From: Psilocybe cubensis
Taxonomy: Eukaryota
Assembly (NCBI GenBank): GCA_017499595.2
Contig: CM039001.1
Coordinates: 2,852,001-2,916,000, forward strand
Direction: 5' to 3'
DNA: 64,000 nt
Both the position numbers and the translations under genes were made by a program. Positions 27,131-39,130 of the stretch are shown here, piece by piece (the stretch's first letter is position 1; each line of letters opens with the position of its first letter). The notes below the pieces were generated by a model. That model ran no database searches, was not told the DNA's origin, and saw nothing but the letters and a program-made list of their open reading frames with translations.

Positions 27131-30100
27131 GCATCAGTGTAGGTGACAAAGTTATCATGGCCCACAGCGCCAGAATAAGTCAACTTGTAATCCAGAGTGC
27201 CTCTGAGGTAGCGGAATAAATGTTTAACCGCAGCCCAATGCTTAGGTCCAGGATTGGAGTTGAAGCGTGCCAGATAGGACACAGTAAAAGCAATGTCAGG
27301 ACGGGTCATGGTGGCTAGATACTGCAAGGAGCCAACTGCATTGAGGTAGGGAACATTTCGCATAAATTCCACCTCATCTCCATTCTGAGGTCCATCTGCC
27401 TTGGACAGAACAGTGCCCACAGCCATAGGTGTTTTGACCGGATTAGAATCAGTCATGCCATATGTATCAAGCATATCGAGGATATACTGACGCTGATGCA
27501 AGGAAATGGTTTTAGCAGCCATATCTCGCTCAATGGCAACACCAAGTAAATACTGTGTAGGACCCAGATTACGGAGTTCAAAACGCGCAGCTAGCTGCTT
27601 AACAGCTCTATCTATGGCGGCGTCCGATTTGGAGGCAAAGGTAATGCCATGAATATAAATAGGAACAATAATCTTCACATCTCCATCTGAATAGATGTAG
27701 ACAGAGCGATCTGATTCTATACACTTGAACCCCATATCTAACAATGCCTCATGCAATTTGAGGTTCCATTGATGTGCAGACTGCTTAAGACCATAGAGCG
27801 ACTTTTTGAGCTTCAAAACCATGTTAGGACCACCTTGGTGAAATCCTTCGGGTTGTAGCATGTAAATCTCCTCGTCTAGGTCACCTTTAGTGAAAGCAGC
27901 TGTAATATCAACAGAGCGCAACTTCAAGTCTCCAATAGCGGCCAGAGCCACAATCAAGCGGAAAGTAGCAGGGCGGAAAGTAGGAGCAAAGACCTCATGG
28001 TAATCAATGCCAGGGCGCTGACTGTAGCCCTTGGCAACAATACGAGCCTTGTAGCACTCTATACTGCCATCTGCATTTCGCTTGATTTTAAAGACCCAAC
28101 CACAGCCAATTGCCTTTTGACCCGGAGGGAGCTCAACTCGCTCCCAAGTTTGATTGTGCTGCAACAGATTGAATTCTGTGTTAGCAGCCTCTTCCCACAT
28201 GTGCGCATCAGGCGCTTTCATTGCCTGTTTGAATGTGCGCGGATCTGCGCTTGAAACAAGCCCAGCAAACTCCACCTCTTCAAATCCAGGATCATTGGCT
28301 TCAGGTGGTTCAGGATCATGTGAGACCTTCCACCATTCACCAGGCTGCTTAGGAACGCGAGTAGTGCGTCTCAACGTTGCAGGATCAACTGGAGCACGCT
28401 GGCGGCGTGCAGGCTTAGAAGGAGGTGCAGGAACGGCCTCAGGCTGTGGCGGTTCAGCTGGCTGTTCAGGAGGCGCAATAGGCACTTCTGGCTCAATGAC
28501 AGGACTTGGAGTAGAGTCATCCTCATCATCATTAAAATTGAAGCCATTAGAGTCCCCCCCTGAATTAGGAGGTGGTGCACTTGCAGAAGAAGTGGGAAGA
28601 AGGTCAAACTTTGGCATAGGGCCAGTGGACACCCCAGGGAAGCACCTTTCGTCGAAATCAGCTCTCTCAGAGATAATGAACCTTTTGGTGACTGGGTTGT
28701 AAAACTCCCAGCCCTTGTACCCAGTAGGATACCCAACAAAGATACACTTCTCCATATGAGGCTGCAACGATTTGCGCTTATCTCCCTGAACATAAACATA
28801 TGCAAGGCAACCCCAAACCCTCAAATGACTAACATCAGGTTTGCGCTTGTTCCAGCTTTCATACGGAGTCTTGTCCGGTAGAGGAGCTGTAGGAACACGA
28901 TTCCATACATGCATGTATGCTGCAACACAGCAACCCCAAAACGAAGGTGGTACACGAGCCTCATTGAGCATGGAAGTAACATGTTCTGCCATGGTGCGAT
29001 TTGCACGCTCTGCAACTCCGTTCTGTTGTGGGCGATTTCGCGTTGTATGACGACGCTCAATGCCACACTGGTCAGTGAATTTGATGAAAGCATTTGACAT
29101 GTATTCACCAGCTTTGTCATCCTGCAGCGCTTTGATCTTAAAGCCTAATTTGTTCTCAGCCCATGCTTTGTACGTTTGAAACGCACTGAATGCATCGCTT
29201 TTGCGCTTAAGAAGCACAGCAGCTCTACTCTTTGTATGGTCATCAATAAAGGTTATCCAGTAGCGATAGCCTTCAGGAGTAGGGGGCGAGATAGGACCTT
29301 TCAGATTTGAGAAGATAAGCGCAAGCGGAACATCTGACATGCTTGGTGAAGAAGGAAATGGGTTGGAATGCATCTTGCCTGCAAGGCAAAGTTCACAAAT
29401 GGGGTCAGGCTGTTGCTATGAATTCAGCTTGAGTCCAGTAACCATACTCTCTCTAATTATCTTTTGGAGGTCAGTGTAGCTATGATGAGCAAACCGACGA
29501 TGCCAGAGACTGATATCAAGGGGTAGAGTGGAATTGGAGGAAATGAAGGCAGACTCCGAAATAGGAACTGTATAACCGTTCAATAAAGCGCAGTTTGATG
29601 TACTAACATCTGCAGAGAAGAGACAAGCTCCTTTGCGATGAAACTCCATCAGATTAGCATCAATGGTGATTTTGAAGCCTTTGTGCTTTGTGAGGTATAG
29701 AACAGACAGTAGATTGTTTCGGAGATCTGGTACATGTAAAACTCTAGTTAACTCGACGCCTCTTGACTTTATTCCATTTACAACTGGTTCAAAGAACACA
29801 GTGCCCACCCCTGCAGAATAAATAACTCGTTCATCTGCTAATCGGATTGGAATGCGAAGGGGGGTGTAATTTCTAACCCAATTGCGATGGGGTGTCATAT
29901 GAGAAGTCGCCCCTGTGTCTGCAATCCAATCGTCATTAGTTTGGGGTGAAATGGAAGAGGGAACATTGGTATTAAGAGCACTTGCATTTCCAGCAAATTC
30001 CATGTCCTTGGACTCTTTTTCCTCACTGGATGCCTCTGAGGCCTTGTGCGCTCTATTGCCTTTGCGAACCGCTTTGACACGCTCCTTCGCATCCTTTTGC

Positions 30101-30833
30101 GCAGCAATGAACTTGTGACACTTGTCCATTGCATGATTGGTCATATCACAAAATGCGCACTTGGGCTTGGATGCAGAAGGGGCTGGAGCGGTCTGGAATG
30201 CGGTGGCGAGTGCAGGCAACTCCGAAGCGCGGTGACGTCGCTGTATGTCCTCTGTGACAAAGGCTTGATGAATTGTAGCCTTGTCCAACTTGTCCAAAAG
30301 GAGAAGTGAGGATGCAAATGAACTGTACTTTCTGGGAGTGCCCTGACCAGAGCAAGCAAAGCAAGCTCTTCATCAAGCTTAGCCAGATCAAACCCCTTAG
30401 GGCGAAGCTGCTGAATTAGCAACATGGCTTGCTCAACTCTATTGATCAGGGTTTGAAGGTTTTCACCTTCCTCCTTTCGGATAGAGAACAGATCATCATA
30501 TGCATTAAAGCGGTTGCCAGGGCGCTTTTGCTGATGTACAGCGGCCAGGGCATCCCACATCTTGATAGGATCATCCTTGATGGCTTCCACATGAACCCTC
30601 TGATCATTCTCCAAACTGAGATAGATCAAACCACATGCTTTGTCTCTCTGCTCCAAGTAGGTTTCAAGCAAAGCTTCCTCCTGAGCAGTAGGCTTGTCTG
30701 AGAGCGTTGGCTGTGCTCTAGCACCGCTGACAATGCGCCATATCCCTTTAGACTGGAGATAGGCGGTCATCTGGCCTGCCCAGGTGTTGTAGTTGGTTGA
30801 GTTCAATGGAGTGATTTGGGGATCAGAAGTCAT
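27131..30833 (-). pseudogene. pol: Copia gag-pol, unit 4 (RNase H deleted)
   Basis: ORF set identical to unit 2, offset by 8968. Confidence 0.95.
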
Positions 30834-31236
30834 TATTGCGAATTGCGAAGGAACGCGTAAGCGGATGGATACGAGTATTGGTAGTAATGTGTGGGGATGT
30901 GTAATGATGTGTGGAAACGAACTAGGCGTTACCCGGAGCTCGGGGTGTTATGCGAACGCAAGTGGAAAAGACGAAGTTAAACTAGCCTAATTTAAAAGGG
31001 TTACTTTTAACTAGAAATAACTCGGGGATTAGGCGACGGGGGCCCGCTCAACCGAGGTTAACAAGTCGCGTAAGGCGTGCTCGTTCAACCCTACTAGCAG
31101 CGGCAATGTATGGCCGGGCCTGGTAGAGGATAAAAACCAAAAAAGACTAAAATGACCGTTTTGTGAAAACTATGCAGAAAGCAACTTGGTTCGCAAAACA
31201 CGGAATTGGAGCGCTTAGAGCGCGGGGCCCATAACC

Positions 31237-31614
31237 TGTTGAAGCAGGCGAGCTCGGGGCAGTGTGAGCTACTCGGCGACCTAGTTATAGAACGTAGGGC
31301 GCAGGGATAAGCGAGCACGAAGCGTCTGAAGTCCGAAGTGAGTAACTGGGTGAATTGAGCAAAGTGCTAACAAACTAACCTGAAGTCCGAAGTGAGTAAC
31401 TGGGGACTTCAGGATGTAAACTAGAGTGACTATATACTGTGTAGACTCAAGTACTCTGGTCTACCTAGGTCTACTCTGGTCCGGTCCAGACCAGTCTATG
31501 GACTGATAAATATCATGTATCTAGAATGGTCTGGAGAGCAAATGAAGATAAGAAGAAAGTAATCTAATCTGATAAGATAGCAAAGTGAGGGAGACATAGA
31601 GAGCAGTTTTAACA
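31237..31614 (-). repeat. Copia A LTR (5'-terminal LTR of array)
   Basis: 378 bp, followed on the plus strand by the TSD CTTTG. Confidence 0.97.
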
Positions 31615-31619
31615 CTTTG

Positions 31620-33792
31620 AACCAGTTGTAAATGGAATAAAGTCAAGAGGCGTCGAGTTAACTAGAGTTTTACATGTACCAGATCTCCAAAACAATCTAC
31701 TGTCTGTTCTATACCTCACAAAGCACAAAGGCTTCAAAATCACCATTGATGCTAATCTGATGGAGTTTCATTACAAAGGAGCTTGTCTCTTCTCTGCAGA
31801 TGTCAGTACTTGAACGGTTATACAGTTCCAATTTCAGAGTCTGCCTTAATTTCCTCCAATTCTACTCTACACCTTGATATCAGTCTCTGGCATCGTCGCT
31901 TTGCTCATCATAGCTACACTGACCTCCAAAAGATGATTAGAGAGAGTATGGTTACTGGACTCAAGCTGAATTCACAGCAACAGCCTGACCCCATTTGTGA
32001 ACCTTGCCTTGCAGGCAAGATGCATTCCAACCCATTTCCTTCTTCACCCAGCATGTCAGATGTTCCGCTTGCGCTTATCTTCTCAGATCTGAAAGGTCCT
32101 ATCTCGCCCCCTACTCCTGAAGGCTATCGCTACTGGATGACCTTTATTGATAACCATACAAAGAGTAGAGCTGCTGTGCTTCTTAAGCGCAAAAGCGATG
32201 CATTCAGTGCGTTTCAAACGTACAAAGCATGGGCTGAGAACAAATTAGGCTTTAAGATCAAAGCGCTGCAGGATGACAAAGCTGGTGAATACATGTCAAA
32301 TGCTTTCATCAAATTCACTGACCAGTGTGGCATTGAGCGTCGTCATACAACGCGAAATCGCCCACAACAGAACGGAGTTGCAGAGCGTGCAAATCGCACC
32401 ATGGCAGAACATGTTACTTCCATGCTCAATAAGGCTCATGTTCCACCTTCGTTTTGGGGTCGCTGTGTTGCAGCATACATGCATGTATGGAATCGTGTTC
32501 CTACAGCTCCTCTACCGGACAAGACTCCGTATGAAAGCTGGAACAAGCGCAAACCTGATGTTAGTCATTTGAGGGTTTGGGATTGCCTTGCATATGTTTA
32601 TGTTCAGGGAGATAAGCGCAAATCGTTGCAGCCTCATATGGAAAAGTGTATCTTTGTTGGGTATCCTACTGGGTACAAGGGCTGGGAGTTTTACAACACA
32701 GTTACCAAAAGGTTCATTATCTCTGAGAGAGCTGATTTTGACGAAAGGTGCTTCCCTGGGGTGTCCACTGGCCCTATGCCAAAGTTTGACCTTCTTCCCA
32801 CTTCTTCTGCAAGTGCACCACCTCTCAACTCAGGGGGGGACTCTAATGGCTTCAACTTTGATGATGATGAGGATGACTCTACTCCAAGTCCTGTCATTGA
32901 GCCAGAAGTGCCTATTGCGCCTCTTGAACAGCCAGCTGAACCGCCACAGCCTGAGGCCGTTCCTGCACCTCCTCCTAAGCCTGCACGCCGCCAGTGTGCT
33001 CCAGTTGATCCTGCAACGTTGAGACGCACTATTCGCGTTCCTAAGCAGCCTGGTGAATGGTGGAAGGTCTCACATGATCCTAAACCACCTGAAGCCAATG
33101 ATCCTGGATTTGAAGAGGTGGAGTTTGCTGGGCTTGTTTCAAGCGCAGATCCGCGCACATTCAAACAGGCAATGAAAGCGCCTGATGCGCACATGTGGGA
33201 AGAGGCTGCTAACACAGAATTCAATCTGTTGCAGCACAATCAAACTTGGGAGCGAGTTGAGCTCCCTCCGGGTCAAAAGGCAATTGGCTATGGTTGCGTC
33301 TTTAAAATCAAGCGAAATGCAGATGGCAGTATAGAGCGCTACAAGGCTCGTATTGTTGCCAAGGGCTACAGTCAGCGTCCTCGCATTGATTACCATGAGG
33401 TCTTTGCTCCTACTTTCCACCCTGCTACTTTCTGCTTGATTGTGGCTCTGGCCGCCATTGGAGACTTGAAGTTGCGGTCTGTTGATATTACAGCTGCTTT
33501 TACTAAAGGTGATCTAGACAAGGTGATTTACATGCTGCAACCTGAAGGATTTCACCAAGATGGTCCTAACATGGTTTTAAATCTTAAAATGTTGCTCTAT
33601 AATCTTAAGCAGTCTGCACGTCAATGGAACCTCAGGTTGCATGAGGCATTGTCAGATATGGAGCTTAAGTGTATAGAATCAGATGGCTCTGATCTGGGTT
33701 CTACACAGTATTTACTTGGTATTGCCATTGAGCAAGATATGGCTGCCAAATCCATTTCCTTGCATCAGCATTAGCATATTCTTGATATGCTT
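31620..33792 (+). pseudogene. pol: Copia pol of host copy (PR end, integrase, partial RT)
   Basis: ORF 31783..33774: LWHRRFAH...CEPC zinc finger, QQNGVAER, RYKARIVAKG. A 16-bp deletion frameshifts near 31810, and YxDD is deleted. Confidence 0.94.
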
Positions 33793-33849
33793 AAATAGAG
33801 TTCTAAAATATTTGTTTAATTGGAACTTGGTACTAGTTGAATGACTATT

Positions 33850-36250
33850 ATATGTAGTAAGGCTTTGCCTTGCCTTCTTGCTCATCTGAGGGACTAGATT
33901 AACCAGGGCGCATATTTGATTCAATAGTCAAATTCCACCCATAATGGTGTTATCTATATATTGACTTTGTTTTAATTTATACATGCCTGTTATTGGCTCT
34001 GGGTAAGGTCCACAAATTGCAGAATCTAGAGACTGTGGCTGATTTAAAACCTCAAAATGTTGGATATATGCAAGAAATCCGACAATGCAAAAATGATATG
34101 AATGTCAACAACAGAATGGCTTAACAATATTGGCTGGTCAACAAGGTTTAGAAAAAAATCATAAAGAGGTACTATCTTCCAGCCTGCTGCAAGGCAACTC
34201 CTCAGATTCATCTATGTTTATAATTGCTAAATCAAAGTATCCAAAAGAATGTTTGTTAGAGGATATTAGTATGCAGTCAACTATATACAGACCTTATGCC
34301 ATACCCTCAAGTTTTGAATATGGCAATAGGCAACCAGAAAAAGAAACACACCTGCCAGTTATCCCCTTGATGTGATAATCTCAAGAATTGGTTTGTCTCA
34401 GATTAGATTCTTTATTGATGAGTGACACATAGTTAGCAATTGCTGGTTATAGGTTGGAAAAATGCTTGCAACCTTATTGATATGCAATCTTTTAGAACTA
34501 GCATCCCTAGATAGATAGACAACAATGTTTTAGTTGCAAGAAAATATTCTGTAGGGAACTGGGCCTTCCAATACACCATGCTCATAGAGACTAGCTTTGT
34601 AAAAGTAATCCACAATGTGATTGGACTTTGCTGATTAAAAGGTTGTCATTGGCATGATTGTTGAAAAAAGCTCTGATGTTGTGTCTATTACAACCTTGCC
34701 ATTCTCCTCCCCTCATCCCCCTCCTCCTGCTCCTCCTCATCTGTAATTGTTGCAGAGTGTATAGCCTGAAAATTGATCCTCATTTCTTGTATAGCTGTAA
34801 ACAAATCAAAATTATGCAATTTGTCGCAATAATCAAGGTATTGACAAACTTAAGGCTTGTATTTTTAATTATTGCAGGAGCTTTGACTACCTCAATATTT
34901 GCATGCTCTGTTGTGTCTGCAGACTATTGGATTGTGCATCCATTTAGTCTAATTGCAAGTAATCTGCAGTTTGGGACAGGTGGCAAAAGAAATCTCCAAA
35001 TGTCTTGTATTGTGCCAACGTCACAGAAAATATAGATCCTTCAATGCAAGCCGCTTGAGCAGATTCTGGAGTATCAATAATAAGGATAACAAATGGCATA
35101 AAGCAAAAACAATTATTTCCTAATGCATCTGCCATGGTGGTTCCCACCTTTGCAATTTGTTTGACCAATTCTAGAGCAATGTCTATGCACTGGTAATATA
35201 GCTATGCTGCCATCATTCCATTTATAGCTTTAGAACAATGAAGAAACTTTGGTATGACAAAAATCAAAAGAAGGAATAAATGATTTAACAATTTGTTTCT
35301 AACATTTATCATTATGTTGGCAATGCTGATAAGGCCAGAGTAGGCAATTTGGCCTCCAGTCATGTTGGAAATGTTGGTTTTATCTGTGGAAACAATAGGA
35401 GGTACAAGTATTGCTCCTTTTGGGAGCAGGTCCTTGGAAAGCTTGTCATACTATTGTCAAACTTAGACAAAGGCATTACTACTAATTTGCATAAAATGTG
35501 TAATGTCATCACTAAACCACTTAGTGTATACCTGCATCATCTTGTTACACTTGTTGAAGAGCTTGAATGGGCTAAAGTGCATACTTTTTTGGAGCAAAAG
35601 ACTAATGAAAAGCACCTTGATGTATTCCAATCCATTGCAATTAAAAAGTGTTGGCTAATTTTTGCTTGGTAATTCTAGTATAATTGTTTGACTGTTCCAC
35701 TGTAGACCAAAGAGAAGGATTTCTACCCGGTTATGTAGATCTTTTGCCAACTTGTAGGACAAGTTAAGTTTTTTTATCTATATGGGATTGACTTAGCTGA
35801 AATATAATGATGGAGAATGTACATTCAATTACCAGTTTAAGTTTCAAAAAATCATTCAGTATTTCTACACTCATGTCAGAGTGAAGTAGGAAGAGGAAAA
35901 GCTCCCATTCATCTTTCAAGGCAAAAGGATAATACAAATTTTCTACCCGCTGGGGTTCAAATTGATCTTGTTTGAGCTAATTGGATAATTGTTAATATAG
36001 TCCACTTCCATAAAATTACCAATTTTGGAAGATGGGTCTTAAGATACAGAGATTGCTAATCTAGATATAAAGCTTGAACAATTAGACTGAAAATACATAA
36101 CATTCTCATATTAAAAATTGCATGCTAACTTTGGTTGATTGATGTGATTTTGGACATTTGCATCTTAGCAAATGGCTTGTGGCATAAAAAACAATGCATA
36201 TAGACTTCCTGAGTTTTCTTGTCCTTGCCCTTTTCCATATTGAAACAATG
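33850..36250 (-). pseudogene. Plavaka-family transposase relic
   Basis: Minus-strand peptides YPFALKDEWELF (near 35900), PKGATLVPPIVSTDKTNISNMTGG (near 35380) and MADALGNNCFCFMPFVILIIDTPESAQAAC (ORF 34944..35168) occur in order and match my recollection of fungal Plavaka transposase motifs. Many stops; boundaries approximate. Confidence 0.8.
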
Positions 36251-39130
36251 ACTTATACAAGAGTAAAGATACAAAAAAAAAACTGATAATGTAATGTTCA
36301 GTAATATGCAATGGGCCTATAAATGTTATCTGATTATGTCTCTATTAATATAAATAAATTTTACATGGGTTATTATTCAACCAATCAATCTGTAGTACAA
36401 TTCAAGGAGGGTTTTGAAAGAGCTTTAATATATATATCCACCAGAACAAAGACACCAACACATTTTTTAAAGTGGATGGAAGAAGCATCAACAAACATAA
36501 ATTAGTTAATTTCATTGATCTTGATAATAAATTCAAATGTGCCAGCAGTCACAGTAAAGCCAGAAGCTTTTATCCTAGCAAGAATTTGTGTATTAGTCTA
36601 GCAATATAAGCAGTATATAACTATAGATTATAAAACAGTTGACATTATTTTATAAGACATACACATTTTTAAGTACTAAAATAAAACATGGCATGTATGT
36701 AAATCAAAATGTGTGTCAATGTGTATGTATAATATTAAAATTGCTATTGTTTAAAAGGCGGAACAGACTTGGATTCTGATGAAGATAAGCATTTACAACG
36801 TAAAGGCATAATTGAACACATATACTCAGATTTATACTCTCTAACTTGACTTTCATGCTATCCAGATACAATCTATCCCTCATACTTGTACCAAGTTCTA
36901 GAATCTTCTTGGGAGTTCCTAGTTTGTGATGTAATTAGTGAATATCCAAAGGCAGATACTGGTCTACCTACTCAAATATGTTGAAAAATCTGCAAATGCA
37001 TCACAGTCAACAAGTGTGATTATGAGTAGCTTGAATATTGTTGGAATTGAAGAACAAGAAAGGCTAAAACTGCTACATATAGCCTTGTTAAGTTCTTAAC
37101 TGCAAACACCCTAGAGCTAGACAAAAAGCAAACTAGTGTTGGTATAGTAAGAAATACCACTAATGTTGTTTTTTTTGACTTCTGCATTGTAAGCTAGAAT
37201 TATATGGGCATAACGGCAAAGTATTATTTCATGGAACTTTTCTAGCACCATGATATTTTGTGCATCTTTATTTTTGTCTGTTTCAATCATGTAATGGATG
37301 GACTTTGTGTGATGACATAGCCACTTTAGAATAGCCAAGGCTTTGCCATAGACAAACATGCACACTTTGTGCTTTTTATTGCTCAAGCCATTGGTATCCC
37401 ACTATATCCATATGTCAAGCTATGCCAAAATCTTAAGGGAAAATATCTGGTCAGAATTTTGATAGGTCTTGTAGTCAAGCATATTTGCCAATATCATGCA
37501 CATGCAGAGAGCTATCAAGCTCAAGTATCCAGACTGCATACTGTAGACTGGGACATAGTACATTTTATAAAAATCTGAGAAAAAATTTGTAGGAAACAGT
37601 AAAAAGCCTTATACCTTCTGAGTCACTATCACCTTCCACCAAAACCTTATAGAATCAATGTATGGTTTGCTGGAGGAATAATTGGGATGTTAAATGATTA
37701 GTATTTGTTGCTTTGTATCTAGCGGTAAAATAGTAAATAATTCCTGTAAGGGTTTCTTTGAAGGAAATGGAGAAGTAAAAATATCTGTCATGGCAAACCA
37801 TTAAGAAGATAGAATATGCCGTATGTAGAATATTTGGTCTCATGAAGCTGTTTTTAAAGTAGCATCAATATAATCAAATGGGTAGGACATTCAAAATCAC
37901 TTACAGTTCTGACTGGTTATCAAGAACAATCACTTTGTAAATCTAGTTTTTGTGATGGGCTCCGGTGACTCAACATCCTATACTATGTCATCAACCAACC
38001 TGAAGTTTGTTAACATTCCAAAACTTCTCAAAGACAGATCCAACTGGATCACTTACAAAGCCCAGATGGTTAATCATTTTGCCGCCAAGAGACTCACACG
38101 TCACCTTAATGGCAGCACAAGAAAACCCAAAATACCATGGCCTGAAAAAGACAGCCAATACTTCATTAGGAAGTCAACCATAGCCACAACTGAGGAGCAA
38201 CTAGAAAAATACAAAGTTGAGCTTGACCTTTACAAGCAGAAGCAGGCACAAGCCCGAGAGGCAATCTACAAGACTGTTAGCTGCTTTGTTTTTCTTGAAA
38301 TAAAAGGCAAAGCTATGACGGCACTTGTTTGGCAAAAACTCACTACAATGCATGAGAAAAAAGGTATCATGATGTACACCAATACTCTTGCAAAGCTTGT
38401 GGCTAGTCAATATGTTAAAGACTCAAATATGCATATACACATCACTGGTATGCTTGAATTGTGCAAAAAACTTGCAGATATAAAAAATCCAATCAATGAC
38501 AACTTATTTTCAGCACACATTAAGCTTGCCTGCCGACTATTGACCTCTTTTCACATCACTTAATGCATCTGCCAGATCAACTAGAAAAACCTTATCAAGC
38601 AGCAATCTTATCTTATTTATCTACAAAGAAGCTTACAACAAGGAATCCAAGTAAAATCTAAACAAAGCAAGAAAGAATGCTACACTAGCCGCTTTGTTCC
38701 ATGACTCTAAAGAGAAAGGCAATTAGCGTGGGAAGGCAAAGTCAAAGAAAAAGTGCTCCAACTATTCAAAAACCAGTCACAAAAAATCCAATTGCTATGC
38801 TGAAGGTGGCGGAAAATCAGACCAGGCATCTGAGTAATGGAAAAAACAAGTTGCGGATAAAGGCAAATCAAAGGCAGCATATACAGCTGCTAAGAAAGAC
38901 AACTGCAAGGATGTTACATTTCTTGTAGACTTTGATGACGCAGCCTTTTTGGCCATACTCAAAGATGATTACTTTGCCATTAACCCTGATTTTGATACAT
39001 CATTTCTAGATGACTTCAATCCATGTGACAATGAAGAATCTGCACTTGTTGTAACATCAGATTTTAACAACATGGATGAAGCACACAATGCTTCCACTGT
39101 GGAAAAGCACGGAATCATTATTGATTGCAG

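Larger units (their letters stand above)
12808..31614 (-). mobile_element. Tandem array of Copia A: 5 shared LTRs, 4 internal regions, one TSD
   Basis: LTRs start at 12808, 17785, 22269, 26753 and 31237 (periods 4977, 4484, 4484, 4484). TSD CTTTG at 12803-12807 and 31615-31619. Confidence 0.98.
10982..33792 (+). mobile_element. Copia family A host copy (5' LTR-gag-PR | interrupted by array | PR-IN-RT, 3' truncated)
   Basis: Protease sequence GTVFF|EPVVNG is split at 12807 and resumes at 31620. It ends near 33792 with no RNase H or 3' LTR. A deletion near 33690 removes the YxDD region. Confidence 0.95.
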
